From: an uncultured virus (IMG/VR IMGVR_UViG_3300022200_004366)
Lineage: Duplodnaviria > Heunggongvirae > Uroviricota > Caudoviricetes
IMG/VR virus record: IMGVR_UViG_3300022200_004366
Strand: one strand, 5' to 3'
Length of the DNA stretch: 64,000 nt
The notes beneath the pieces were generated by a model. That model was not told the origin of the DNA and did no database searches. It saw only the letters and a list, made by a program, of their open reading frames with translations. Position 1 is the first letter of the stretch. Each line of letters starts with the position of its first letter. A program made the position numbers and the translations under genes. Shown here piece by piece: positions 51,401 through 57,740 of the stretch.

Positions 51401-52686
51401 TCATCAACATTAATTGCTGGAGTGGTTTCTGAATCAATTAGTCGGATGATACCAAACTTTGCAGGATCATTGCCATCTTGATAATATAGTGTATCTTCTA
51501 TTGCTGTTAATGCTGGTACTTCTTCAAAGAAACCTGAAGCATTCTTAAAGAATTTCTTGTTAGCGTTTTCTGTACCGTATCCAACTTTAAACACATCGTT
51601 AATTTCAATATCGCCAATATTAATTAATTCAATGTAAGCATCGTCATCTGTGCTACCGTCTGGGCGATAATATGTGATTCTAAACTTAGCATATCGTTGT
51701 GCTTTTGTATCTAAATAAGTTGTAGGATCAAACGACTGGTCATCATAACTGGATTGCGAATCGTCAAACTTTCCTTCGCGTTGCCAACCTAATTCGGCGC
51801 TGTCGCCTTCTTGTGTACTAACAAATACTAGCGTTCTATTTTCTAAATCTTTGATTCCATCAATGCCGCCAAATTGACTAATATGTTTTCCGTTAATATT
51901 GTCAAAACGTTCTGTAGTTACAAAGTCAATAATACCAATATCGTTTAATCCGTAATAAAAACTTTGTGCAGTGTTTGTTGGCACGTTAAATGTTATAGTA
52001 CCAACATCATCACCATTGTTAACAACACCAAGTACATTTCTACTGCTTAGATTTGGTGAGTAATCAATTGTACCTGATACTCCTGGCTGTGTTTGGATCC
52101 AGAAAGGATTTCCTAGTTGGTTAACATTAAACGTATAACTTCCACCTCTTACTAATGTAATACTTGGATTATCGCCAGCTACTCCACTTAGTTCGTAATA
52201 ATCACCACTACGATCTACATTAAAAGAATCAACGGTAGCAACTGTGCCTGATTGTACATCAACTGCTGTTGGTGATGCCGGCACCCAATAATACTGGCTG
52301 TAGTTAATAAACTTATCAAAATCAATATGCGGATCCCAACTATATGTTTCGCTGGCAAATAAGCGATCAGCACGAGTTACATTAGCACCTTCGACAGCTA
52401 ATCCGTCGACCATACCTACGTATGTAATAGCATCTTCTGTTTTATTATCGCTGTTATTGAATACAACGCCTGGCTCAAATTGATAATTTGCTCTCGATAG
52501 TGTTGGTTCTATTAGATAACCGTCGGTATAATTGGTACCTGGCCCAAATCTACGGCCAATATATCCTTCGGTACGTTTTAGTTTTGGTGCTTGTATTAAT
52601 TGATCAAGTGTCGCGCTGAAAAATTCACGGTTAATGTCAGTTTTAAAAATTTCTGGTAAAAAATCTATTGAACGAATACGTGCCAT
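39442..52686 (-). CDS. giant 4414-aa virion/baseplate-associated protein
   Basis: Uninterrupted ORF directly downstream of the gp6-like gene; FG-GAP-like blades, CBM-like motifs, beta-rich modules. Confidence 0.75.
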   Translation of the reverse strand: MARIRSIDFLPEIFKTDINREFFSATLDQLIQAPKLKRTEGYIGRRFGPGTNYTDGYLIEPTLSRANYQFEPGVVFNNSDNKTEDAITYVGMVDGLAVEGANVTRADRLFASETYSWDPHIDFDKFINYSQYYWVPASPTAVDVQSGTVATVDSFNVDRSGDYYELSGVAGDNPSITLVRGGSYTFNVNQLGNPFWIQTQPGVSGTIDYSPNLSSRNVLGVVNNGDDVGTITFNVPTNTAQSFYYGLNDIGIIDFVTTERFDNINGKHISQFGGIDGIKDLENRTLVFVSTQEGDSAELGWQREGKFDDSQSSYDDQSFDPTTYLDTKAQRYAKFRITYYRPDGSTDDDAYIELINIGDIEINDVFKVGYGTENANKKFFKNASGFFEEVPALTAIEDTLYYQDGNDPAKFGIIRLIDSETTPAINVDEDIVGKQNYTSPNGVTFINGLRIRFASDTVPTTYKDQEYIVEGVGAAIELVYIPDLVTPEDYIRTDTEQYDLSPFDTSGYDANLNSPTGLDYITIKRSATDHNAWNRSNRWFHIDVLNATAEYNNTVAELDNNNRAKRPIIEFDSGLRLYNYGTESKGPIDIIDLAQTDALSNVHGSTRYNVDGYELINGSRIIFAADNDLTVRNRIYEVQIVDPDDASTEYGQIINLIPAADAAVLEDQTVVCINGATLQGKVYRYTGSAWAEAQQKTSLNQEPLFDVFDSDGYSYSDISVYPSTTFAGTKLFSYKRGTGINDYVLEFPLTYLNIDNLGDIVFENNLYVDDFIYVSDGSSVTKNVSAGFIRQYSTRTNYTLETGWTASADRNWSRQVFTLTYNGDPLVIDIAPKIDLLIPAIKVYANNKFVLPSHYTAAVTNGKTTISFDSTIATGSTVQIKVISDTASGVGYYEIPSNLESNIFNENTNTFTLGTIRNHYNRLIENVTEFTGEVNGINNLKELGPVAKYGDVIVQHSAPVAPMAHFLRKKKYDFFASLEYSAKQYEKFKHQIIDWIANNDTYGMEYYDILDAALASINHGKTKDTAFYWSDMVPFGGDYQETVYTINPISTDTFNTINVYDFTKSNSSALLIYYNNEILTKDLDYTVATDGPRFTLLFTPSVGDTIRVREYSSTYGNFVPPTPTKIGSYARFEPKIYVDDTYVTPQTVIQGHDGSITIGFNDVRDYVLLEFERRIYNNLKSLSNDSIPLKLADVIPGKFRATDYTDVEITELLSAEMLDWCGWNKIDYKTQEYRANNSFTWNYSTTGSALDSTPLKGHWRGIYKYYYDTDRPHTHPWEMLGFAIKPSWWEDRYGPAPYTSGNEILWDDLEAGYNRNDETYDARYARPGLSNIIPVTSSGKLRNPFEFLVSSYNETDFVKSWVVGDVGPVESAWRRSSVWPFVVQKLFALTKPAEFFALNIDLDRYRYNTLVNEYVYDNRYRLDFRNTEIYSDTTPKNSYINWIIEYNRSKGILSGQSLIDSINSVDVKLCYRMAGFTDKNYLKIFTDKSSPNSSNTSLLIPDESYSLLLYKNQPFGDVQYSSVMVQRTVDGFAVYGNSSTQAYFRILQSTTNGDYTTATVGSTTIRIPNSFTNRVVRVPYGYTFKNINSVVDFLISYGKFLETAGFVFEDTENNYVLDWGRMAQEFVYWANQNWTVGSLINLNAAANVLQYNREFSVVDNINDLDVNDQMLDQNRQVLQKKDYAITRLDNNFKITILADKSLSYLRLRNTSYEHLLVVDNVSIFNDLMYQPVTGLRQQRIKINGFTTFEWNGQLDAQGFILNQDNVPQWNQNNAYNKGDMVRYKNSYWTAAKKIQPEEQFDFDQWTKIDYQLVNKGLLPNINSKADQITKFYNSSVANLETDVDLLALGIIGFRPRGYLESLNLDDISQVSVYSDLIEGKGTVLNANLFKGVEFDKETSEYDIYENWAVRRATYGASDNKRFIEVALDKDSTSSNPTVIEINAFGTESDADQFVDINSIYKQSVKNSTINIFPTLNKVVTDATLPTAGFVNKDDIDISLYDLNDLTEINNNLNLIRDGAYVWVAKENKYNWNVYRCSVIDPTLISVIDNLNNTLTLEFDATTNLVKNDLIIAKYFNSEINGTHRVIDVLDVKTITVSGSLDGDVSELTGSGIVFKLLTAKVSQPSDIADTEYNNNILAGDRVWVNGNIDGKWEVYEKTTPFDLVTRQYAPGATGNYNFGASLAQGFNDSGLIVGAPDYASGSADGAIYCYNKDKNTYVFSALITQGANKAAGFGNSASMSTNWAVVGANESISNQGLAVVIYRNPAQNLFQSWQYLTTPNGISISGADQFGSDVVVSENENWIYVGAPAAEKVFAYERITYQDQTATFTSTGGIDIYNIDGLIEVNNATQITVTVDDVIQASSEYALTGTNLQIFGSLDVGSIVEVTRKSAVETTGDGSTTVYTHPSTLYTAQTIEMFSVYVGGVLQRPYYDYTFDTATQYVTFVTAPANGDTVSFRATDHWMFKNTISSPLLGSNRFGEKVATTSDGQQVIIAAPEASFDGLNNAGKTFIYERVVERRIVEDSLTRNYSALRNLSNKNSVYINGTKQLININNIGYSYSINTVTNSVEIASEVNLNVGDKIDIDINNYNLVQTLTLLNNNQGAYFGSQLSVCRTDCSLYVSAPRDHHILPEAGSVTRYLNGARVFGLITGTVENPTVTVGHSIRINNVDVVFTNTTLSQVVDDINNSIIPNVHATTANNKLVISVINAQEAPSLSKMTVMPGIGTAFNDLGLEPFVNVQVIRSPRPEEYSRFGSSVHVDYSATNLVVGSEQATSYLPTTFDNDETEFDSDATKLIDRVVEAGAVYTFDLLPSSSYAVPGKFVFGQQIINSTVDPLDKFGKCVNFTDNLLIITSPGADANTKNVGEIVIYENPTREQAWKIIQQQPDSVDTDLIGSIYLYNSADSQLTTYLDFIDPINNKLLGVVQQNLDYTGANDPARYNNQTVNKDITWSSAHVGKLWWDTTNTRYINYNQSDIVYSAKNWGTFATDSIIEVYEWVESLVPPSQYSGPGTVRSTTNYSTLSGVDRTNTVITKYYFWVKNNTTVNKTAGKTLSPSTIASYIEYPQQSGIPYAALIRKNVIALYNTADYIVDNNESILHVEYNQSYSDNKIFVEYDLIRENYSRDFLPEGLYRKLQDSFCGADTVGNLVPDVTLSPTDRYGIDFRPRKSLFRDRYAALKSYINKANSLITDHPLAELRTFNILASKEEEPVAASGAWDARVDDLEELNYQDLLTVDVGYKYLVRVDSDNNGRWTIYEVQNNKTLQLIRVQNYNTPNYWNYIDWYEAGYTNLSKPSLTVDTYSELLSLSVSDGTLAKVRLNSNGKWELYVYSSNNIEWTRVGLEDGTIEFKQELWNYSAGRYGFDSEVFDAQYFDQQPVIETRQIIRAINEEIFVGDFLDHRNQLLISVFNYILAEHGAVDWLYKTSLIDVKHRVRELIQYNVYRKDNQTFVEDYINESKPYHTKVKEFLLSYEGLDTISGNVYDYDCPAAFDSTYEKFVSPILDDGIALLETDVSNRQDTDAVWAVRPWSTWYNNHKLNVDSIVVTDSGSNYTVAPRVVISGTADQAAEAIALINSVGQVIDIQITVDGIGYRETPTVTLVGGNGTGATATAYMSNELVRSIKTVLRYDRYEYESQVLDWEANTVYNENQLVRYNNKVYRAINADGSTASESEFDPALYELVAADTLSGIDRTSGLYVADVNNPGLDIALLIDGIDYPGVQVKGPLFDQNTGFDVGNFDVNPWDNIDFGPEGLPTYSPEILDAEYVSNFTDSYFGTLPAAAYDGAPPNTNVESVIADGADFIDVYNSHAPEELVPGAIFDTLDMTVYTQPGHDYNNDGHGFQVSSVAYVADGRLGFSFDGVVESPVEIAVFNGSTGTRLYRNRDFTINWGNRTIDINSGVNSGDSVKIYVYEVGGAFQIYRDALNGAKVGNSVKFNVNFDDIDNTLIVVNGSIVTDYTYSAVESGVTEFRFGTTYTSNDFVSVTLFGDPNFYSPDSTLDEYSYSFPQIEVFTATNALSTFMLEGNIAGAALENVIVELNGKRLRGPDGVRRTGDATTIDFYLPDGERTGTDQSLLDYTDIEVFVGDVLQTPESDYWLSSADESSERFVTFLNPPGANRYVDIYINSAADYKINRVNSELTITSSSVILSNGDVVAVTSWRDVRKQDPLTVSYVGPKVINTPISELFDTELFDAEPWDYATGIDSSVNEFELYRTVVNADRLWVTLDGRRLLPGENFSLSSDGTYITITEDSVGANSKVVITSFTESLVPDELAFKIFNDMRGNAAVYRMIPASTTYLTEQLKPWSDTIYVNDVSKLGEPNLDAGIFGIVNVNGERITYRERNLENNSISGLRRGTAGTSVREHQVNTQVNDMSRGNLLDTEYDRIWYAPGVGTAADGNALQKQNTYAARFLRGD

Positions 52687-52692
52687 TTATTG

Positions 52693-55600
52693 TTATACCC
52701 CGTTAGAAAGTCTTAGTTGGCTTGCGGTTAGCGAGTCGATTACTTGTACATCGTTAACTGTTGCGGCACTAACGAAAATTTCGTTAGGTGCTGATTTAAT
52801 TTCATATAAGTCACCAAAGTTCTTTGATGTATCCTTTGGAAGGATCACAACAGATCCTAAGATACTACCAAGTTGTTCATGAATGTAAGCTGATAGCTCT
52901 GAGAAGTAGAAAGTATCACCAAAATCCCAATTATCAATGTCAAAATAATTATTAATAGCTTCAATTACACGACTTTTAATCTCGCTGGTACTTACTACAC
53001 TATTTTGTAACTTAACTACTTTAATATAAGCTCTTAATGAGCTGTCGGCTTTGTCGCCAAACAATGGCTTAAACTTAACACTATTAAAAATAATATTATC
53101 GCTGATCATTTTATAATCATTGAGTGTTTCATATAGCTCAGATAATTCATCAGTTGTAGGTTGATCCGGTTCTGTGATGCTACCAGTGGTATCTTGAACA
53201 TAGCGTCTGTATGACTCATAATACGTTGAAGTCGCAACAAACAGATCAACAATATTTGTTGACCCTGGGTTGATACGGCGTGTTTCAGGACTGTTATGTT
53301 TATATTGGAACTGTAGACCACCACGACCAGTATGTGTTCTATAGTCAGTAACAGCACTTACTGTTCTAACATTACTTGCGCTAACTGATAATACATAAAA
53401 AGCGTCTTCTGTTGAAGCATAAAACACCTGTCCATCTGGATACTCGTCTTTGACAAGATTAATATCGCTTAGTGAACCATAATTTGAATTAATAACTCCT
53501 ACCGCTAACGGAAGATATCTTTCAAGATTATCAAAATCAACGGTTCTTTGAAAGAAAACCAACTTTGATGTAGGATTCGTAGTTGGATTAACTATAGCAT
53601 TAAAAAAGTCTGGATCGTCAGGAACATTATCATTATCTGAATCTGCCCAACTAACTTCTACATTAAAATCATTTACAAATCCATCGGTTTCAACAGTTTG
53701 TCCTATAATATCAAGCGCAACATCTCCAATTAACGGAGAATTACTATCGGCTTGACTATTTGTTTTTAATACTTTGACAAAATCGTTAACTGTGCGGCCT
53801 GTTTTTGGATCGTAAATTGCTCTATTGCCATCATAAAAGAATCGAGTTTCTTGTACGCTTGAAAAATAATAAGATAACCCTCTAACAGTTACAGTATATA
53901 CTGATCCATCGTTGACAAATTTAACCAGCCAACTAGCATCTAAATTAGTGTTTGAAGTATCTCCGGCATAAGCGAACGAAAAATCACTGTCGGCATCTAA
54001 ATTGTTTGAACTAATAATATGCCATGTTCCGTTTTCGTTATCGAATCTTAATCCAAATGATCTATATAGCTCAATTTGTTCAAGCATACTTTGTTCTAAA
54101 GTAACAGGTAAATCAGAATTTAAAATCGGAATAACCTGATTAGCTATTGCTCCTGTTGGAACGTAATTATTAATAGTAACAGGACCGATACCGTTGACGT
54201 CGTTTCCTGCGCCAGCATTCGTTCCGTCATTGAGCAAACCTTGAATACTAGCCCAGATATAACTTCTTTCTTCTGGACCAGTTGGTGTTCCTGTTTGTAA
54301 TCTGTTATCTTTATCAAAATACTGTCCTGCTGGAGCAGTAAATTTAACCAAACACCCAGATACTAAATGTTGTCTGGCATCGCCTAACCCGGCACCAATG
54401 GAAACAGTTGCTCCAATATCGTTTTTAAAGTACCCGGTAGTTTCGTTAACTAGTGTTGTACTGCGTTCCCAATACATTCCTAGGCTTAATAAGCTGTAAC
54501 GTGTAAATTTATTGTAGTAAAAATGTAATATGCTTCTGTCAGCTAACAAAGGTTCTAATTGATTTCTAATGGCGCTTTCGATATCATTACTATCAACAAA
54601 AGTAAAATTAAAATTTCTTTCTTTTATTTCTTCATATAAAATACCATCACTGGCAAACGAATTAACACTTGAATATTTTCCAGTTGGATCTACTAGATCA
54701 ATATATCTACTGGTTCCAATATTGGTGCGATTAACTGCTTTACTTTTAATGATACTGGTAAATTGGCTGTATGGGAAATTATTATAATCTTCGCCATTGA
54801 CCATTCTATTCTGTGTGTAAAAGCGAGCTGGTGCGCGGCGTTTGATGTCTGCTAGCGTTTCTCTAGCACGACTGTTGCTTACATTTTCTTGCAATCCTAA
54901 TGTGAATATAAGATTTTCAATGCGGCCTTTGCGACTTACATAAGAGACAGTAACGTCGACACTTTGAATTTCGTTTGGGTTAATTATATATTCCAGACCA
55001 TTTGAGCTGCGAACATACACACGGAATGTGCCCACTGGAATTTCAGAAAACACTCCGTCACCAAAATTTAATGTAATTTGATCTAATGATCTGCTGGATA
55101 CACTAAACAACTTTCTGTTTGCCCCAACCTCTTGAACTCGGCTACTTCCGTAGATATTACTAACTTCTGTCCATACTTCTTCGATATCGCCAGTTGTAGA
55201 ATTGACTTTGTATAACCAAATATCGGTACTATTAATTCCGTCGATATTAATATCAACAGTTCTATTAGAAATCTTTTCGTTTAGATTAAAGTCTCTTGAT
55301 TGTAACGCACCTTGTTTAAAACTAAAAAAGTAGCCGGTGTTAGTACTTCCAAACCCTAACCCATCATCTCTATATAATAGATTCAAGTCACCATTGATCT
55401 TTGGTGCTGGCTCGTATACATAAGTCTTATTAACACTGGTTGCGCTTATTACTTCAAACGACATTGGAATTCCATCAACAGTCGCGTTAAATGGAATGGC
55501 TGGAACAACCCCAGATGCTAAATTAATGGTATATTCACTGGTATTGATATCTAGAATGGATGCTTTGTTTCCAGGATTTCCTACGGTCTGACTATTAACC

Positions 55601-56091
55601 AGCGCAGCATTAATGATAGCTTTAAATTGTTCTTGCCAGTCTGGATTAGTACGATCGTTCCATTTGATAGTTACATTTGAAAGATTATTTCTATTGTAAT
55701 CAAGAACTCCTTCGGTTGTTCTAACAGCAGTTACTTTTAAATAACCTTTAGCAGTTTGGTTACGTTTTGGTGTGTATCCAATTAATTTTGATAGATTAAC
55801 TACGGAATCACGACGTTCTGCTGTATCTAAAAAGTTTTCGCGGCTATTTAAGTCTACACGAAATGACAATGACTGGCCCATAAAAGCCATTAGGTCAAGC
55901 AATGCTACAAATTCACTAGATTCAACAAAGTCGTTAAAACTTTCTGGATAATATTGGCGCAGATAATCTACGAATGTTTTACGTAATGTTTCAAAGTTGT
56001 AACTTTGAAAGTCTGCTTCTCTATAAGTTTGATAGATTCGTTTCCAATCTTCAATACCAAAAATAGTAGTCTGACGTGAAGTTGTAGCCAT
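52693..56091 (-). CDS. baseplate wedge protein, T4 gp6-like (extended)
   Basis: FETLRKT..YL, FNDFVESS, ENFLDTAERRDSV..L..LIGYTP, ETLADIK..AP..YTQNRMVNGEDY. Confidence 0.85.
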   Translation of the reverse strand: MATTSRQTTIFGIEDWKRIYQTYREADFQSYNFETLRKTFVDYLRQYYPESFNDFVESSEFVALLDLMAFMGQSLSFRVDLNSRENFLDTAERRDSVVNLSKLIGYTPKRNQTAKGYLKVTAVRTTEGVLDYNRNNLSNVTIKWNDRTNPDWQEQFKAIINAALVNSQTVGNPGNKASILDINTSEYTINLASGVVPAIPFNATVDGIPMSFEVISATSVNKTYVYEPAPKINGDLNLLYRDDGLGFGSTNTGYFFSFKQGALQSRDFNLNEKISNRTVDINIDGINSTDIWLYKVNSTTGDIEEVWTEVSNIYGSSRVQEVGANRKLFSVSSRSLDQITLNFGDGVFSEIPVGTFRVYVRSSNGLEYIINPNEIQSVDVTVSYVSRKGRIENLIFTLGLQENVSNSRARETLADIKRRAPARFYTQNRMVNGEDYNNFPYSQFTSIIKSKAVNRTNIGTSRYIDLVDPTGKYSSVNSFASDGILYEEIKERNFNFTFVDSNDIESAIRNQLEPLLADRSILHFYYNKFTRYSLLSLGMYWERSTTLVNETTGYFKNDIGATVSIGAGLGDARQHLVSGCLVKFTAPAGQYFDKDNRLQTGTPTGPEERSYIWASIQGLLNDGTNAGAGNDVNGIGPVTINNYVPTGAIANQVIPILNSDLPVTLEQSMLEQIELYRSFGLRFDNENGTWHIISSNNLDADSDFSFAYAGDTSNTNLDASWLVKFVNDGSVYTVTVRGLSYYFSSVQETRFFYDGNRAIYDPKTGRTVNDFVKVLKTNSQADSNSPLIGDVALDIIGQTVETDGFVNDFNVEVSWADSDNDNVPDDPDFFNAIVNPTTNPTSKLVFFQRTVDFDNLERYLPLAVGVINSNYGSLSDINLVKDEYPDGQVFYASTEDAFYVLSVSASNVRTVSAVTDYRTHTGRGGLQFQYKHNSPETRRINPGSTNIVDLFVATSTYYESYRRYVQDTTGSITEPDQPTTDELSELYETLNDYKMISDNIIFNSVKFKPLFGDKADSSLRAYIKVVKLQNSVVSTSEIKSRVIEAINNYFDIDNWDFGDTFYFSELSAYIHEQLGSILGSVVILPKDTSKNFGDLYEIKSAPNEIFVSAATVNDVQVIDSLTASQLRLSNGV

Positions 56092-56116
56092 GTTATAATA
56101 CTCTTACTTTATAATC

Positions 56117-56128
56117 GTATTATTTATG
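56117..56128 (-). promoter_or_regulatory. late-type promoter CATAAATAATAC
   Basis: Intergenic, upstream of the gp6-like gene; identical to 39425-39436. Confidence 0.65.
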
Positions 56129-56148
56129 GAAGTTATAAACGGCGTAGT

Positions 56149-56523
56149 TTATACAATATTTACTGTGTTGGTTTCTTCGTTAAATTCTACCCAGACCGTT
56201 TCAGGATTTCTATTTGGATTAATAGTTACATTTAATTCTAGTACGACTGTGTGTTCATCAGTTGTTACTACCACATCATTTAACGTAAGACGTAAATCAT
56301 ATCGTGTAACACGTTCTAGCTCTTTAGTTATTTTTCTAATTAAATCTGGAGTTCTGGCTTCAAAGATAAAGTTCCAAATACGGGTACCTACATCAGGCTT
56401 ACCTGGTAGTTCTCCTTCTCTAATAGACAACAGATTAAGAAGATTACGTTTAACTAACTCGTTGTCAGTTACTGTAAACTTTTTATATCTGTCGATTGTA
56501 CTAAATCCTTTAAAGCGTGCCAT
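56149..56523 (-). CDS. baseplate wedge subunit, gp25-like
   Basis: D.ELVKRNLLNLLSIREGE....P.VGT.IW..IFE, YDLR; next to the gp6-like gene. Confidence 0.85.
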   Translation of the reverse strand: MARFKGFSTIDRYKKFTVTDNELVKRNLLNLLSIREGELPGKPDVGTRIWNFIFEARTPDLIRKITKELERVTRYDLRLTLNDVVVTTDEHTVVLELNVTINPNRNPETVWVEFNEETNTVNIV

Positions 56524-56528
56524 AATTT

Positions 56529-57740
56529 TTATACCAATGTTAGACCATTACTATTATTTACTGTTTTACAGGTCCAAGTTCCGCCGGCGTCTTCGCATTC
56601 TGCTTTTGTTGGTCCAATAAGTGTTGGATCAGAACACGAACATACTTCAATTGAACCTGTTGTTCCAGAAAAAGAATCTTTTAAATTACTTAATGACGGT
56701 AGTTGGAAATTAGTAGCACTTACAATACCTGTATAGTTAGGAGCTGCTACTTTACTGTTTCCAATTAAACTGTTCACTACAGTATCAATGCCGTCTCTTT
56801 TAACGGTTTGTGTTACCGCTGGTGGTGTTACTGTTGTTGGCCCACCACCACCGCCAAATAATCCACCTAATCCGCCAAGGAGGCCACCAAGCGCACCACC
56901 GAGAGCCCCTAACGCACCTCCTAGCACACTGCTTAATGCATCTGAAACACCACCGATTAAATTACCAGCAACATCACTAACAGCACTAATACCACCAATG
57001 CTTCCTGCTATTTCACTTAAACTACCACTTAATGTTCCAGACACGTTTCCTAATAGATCACCAGTTCCAGATGTAAACATACTTGTTAGTTTAGTATCAA
57101 CAAAATCCACAGAAAAGCCGGCGCCACGTGCGACTGTATCTAAACTTAGAGAATTTACTGCGCTTAATCCCTCGCCTAATACATTTCCAGCGGCTGACCC
57201 TCCAGGAACAGTTCCTAACCAATCAGCAGTGGTACCAACTCCAAAATCAGAAGCTACGCTTGTAATACTCGCAACTACGTTTGGCGATTCAAATCCTGAA
57301 ATAATGTTTGATGATTTAAGATCAGCTAAGCTATTTCCCATTATTTCTGTGGACATTGTTGTTTGGACCGCGCTATTGCCGAGAACATCGTTAACAGAAT
57401 TAATAGCATCTTTTCCGGTCCAAACACTAGAACTGTTTAGTACATTAGAAATTTGTCCTGGGTCATCCAAAAATCTATCTACTGTTCCAGCCTTTAAAAA
57501 GCCAGCATTTTCAAGTGCGCTAGGAGTTAAATTATATTTTCCAACTCCACCAGTAAGTAAATTATTTGGAGCGTTAATTCTACTAGTCATTTCGTCGATT
57601 GAAAGACTGTTAGAACTAGCTACTGTTTTGGCTTTTTGCGCAAGTACTGTACCAAGCTGGTCGGTGCTCATTGAACCAACAGTCGATGTTACTCGATCTT
57701 GTATCGCTAAATCGTTGACATTAACTCCTAAGATAGCCAT
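56529..57740 (-). CDS. Gly/Ser-rich baseplate-associated protein
   Basis: TAATG-coupled to the gp5-like gene; GVGKYNLTPSALENAGFLKAG segment, Gly-rich tract, Cys-rich C-terminus. Confidence 0.6.
   Translation of the reverse strand: MAILGVNVNDLAIQDRVTSTVGSMSTDQLGTVLAQKAKTVASSNSLSIDEMTSRINAPNNLLTGGVGKYNLTPSALENAGFLKAGTVDRFLDDPGQISNVLNSSSVWTGKDAINSVNDVLGNSAVQTTMSTEIMGNSLADLKSSNIISGFESPNVVASITSVASDFGVGTTADWLGTVPGGSAAGNVLGEGLSAVNSLSLDTVARGAGFSVDFVDTKLTSMFTSGTGDLLGNVSGTLSGSLSEIAGSIGGISAVSDVAGNLIGGVSDALSSVLGGALGALGGALGGLLGGLGGLFGGGGGPTTVTPPAVTQTVKRDGIDTVVNSLIGNSKVAAPNYTGIVSATNFQLPSLSNLKDSFSGTTGSIEVCSCSDPTLIGPTKAECEDAGGTWTCKTVNNSNGLTLV

Noticed and set aside
39442..52686. Giant ORF as tape-measure protein or intein host
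   Set aside because: Composition is beta-rich and aromatic rather than helical and Ala-rich; no intein or LAGLIDADG motifs noticed
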